Positions 63,719 to 64,000 of a stretch of DNA of 64,000 nt are shown here, one piece after another. Below the pieces are notes generated by a model. That model was not told the origin of the DNA and made no database searches. It saw only the letters and a list, made by a program, of their open reading frames with translations. The DNA comes from Syntrophaceae bacterium (GTDB lineage Bacteria; Desulfobacterota; Syntrophia; Syntrophales; PHBD01), in the NCBI GenBank assembly GCA_013177825.1, contig JABLXX010000001.1, positions 656,936 through 720,935 on the forward strand, in the 5' to 3' direction. The position numbers and the translations under genes were made by a program. The first letter of the stretch is position 1. Each line of letters opens with the position of its first letter.

Positions 63719-64000
63719 TTGCTCTTCAATTCCTACGCATTCATCCTGTGTTTCCTACCCCTTACCCTGATCGTCCTGGCAACCCTTAACAGAAAAGGGT
63801 GGGCCTCACAAGCCAAAACCGGGCTTGTCCTGGCGTCCCTCGTCTTCTACGGATTCTGGGACTTACGGGCCCTGCCGGTCCTCCTTTTCTCCGTTCTCTT
63901 CAATCACTGGGCGGCCGTTCGGATCGGTGCCGCCGTCCCGGGCGGTTTCCCGCGCCGGCGGTTTCTCGTCCTCGGCGTGGCGGTGAATCTTCTTCTTTTG
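63719..64000 (+). CDS. MBOAT O-acyltransferase (AlgI/DltB-like), N-terminus, truncated by the window end
   Basis: TTG start after GAGAGGGG. Translation MLFNSYAFILCFLP...LVLASLVFYGFW...NLLLL is a typical AlgI N-terminus. Confidence 0.8.
   Translation, partial: MLFNSYAFILCFLPLTLIVLATLNRKGWASQAKTGLVLASLVFYGFWDLRALPVLLFSVLFNHWAAVRIGAAVPGGFPRRRFLVLGVAVNLLLL

Overview
A high-GC, gene-dense stretch of bacterial chromosome. The gene content fits an anaerobic Desulfobacterota (Syntrophales-like) fatty-acid oxidiser, but that assignment is inference. In order the window holds: a 4-hydroxybutyryl-CoA dehydratase region, nfi-ribF, tRNA-Leu(CAG), a glycogen locus with a GT3 synthase/phosphorylase fusion, housekeeping genes (lolA, ilvE, comM/yifB, moaC, pyrG, mtnA, mobB, etfA) that include an atypical GlmU-like/GlmS-like pair, a ~20 kb acyl-CoA/beta-oxidation cluster (six ligases, two LCAD-type dehydrogenases, TetR plus a decayed TetR paralog), folD, and a glycan acylation/carbamoylation locus running off the right edge. 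I saw no transposase, integrase, CRISPR array or rRNA. The most notable signal outside the genes is a set of non-coding palindromic repeat families. One is a ~175-nt rod-like hairpin in three copies whose stems covary while its loops are conserved. All family calls come from manual motif recognition, with no database searches.
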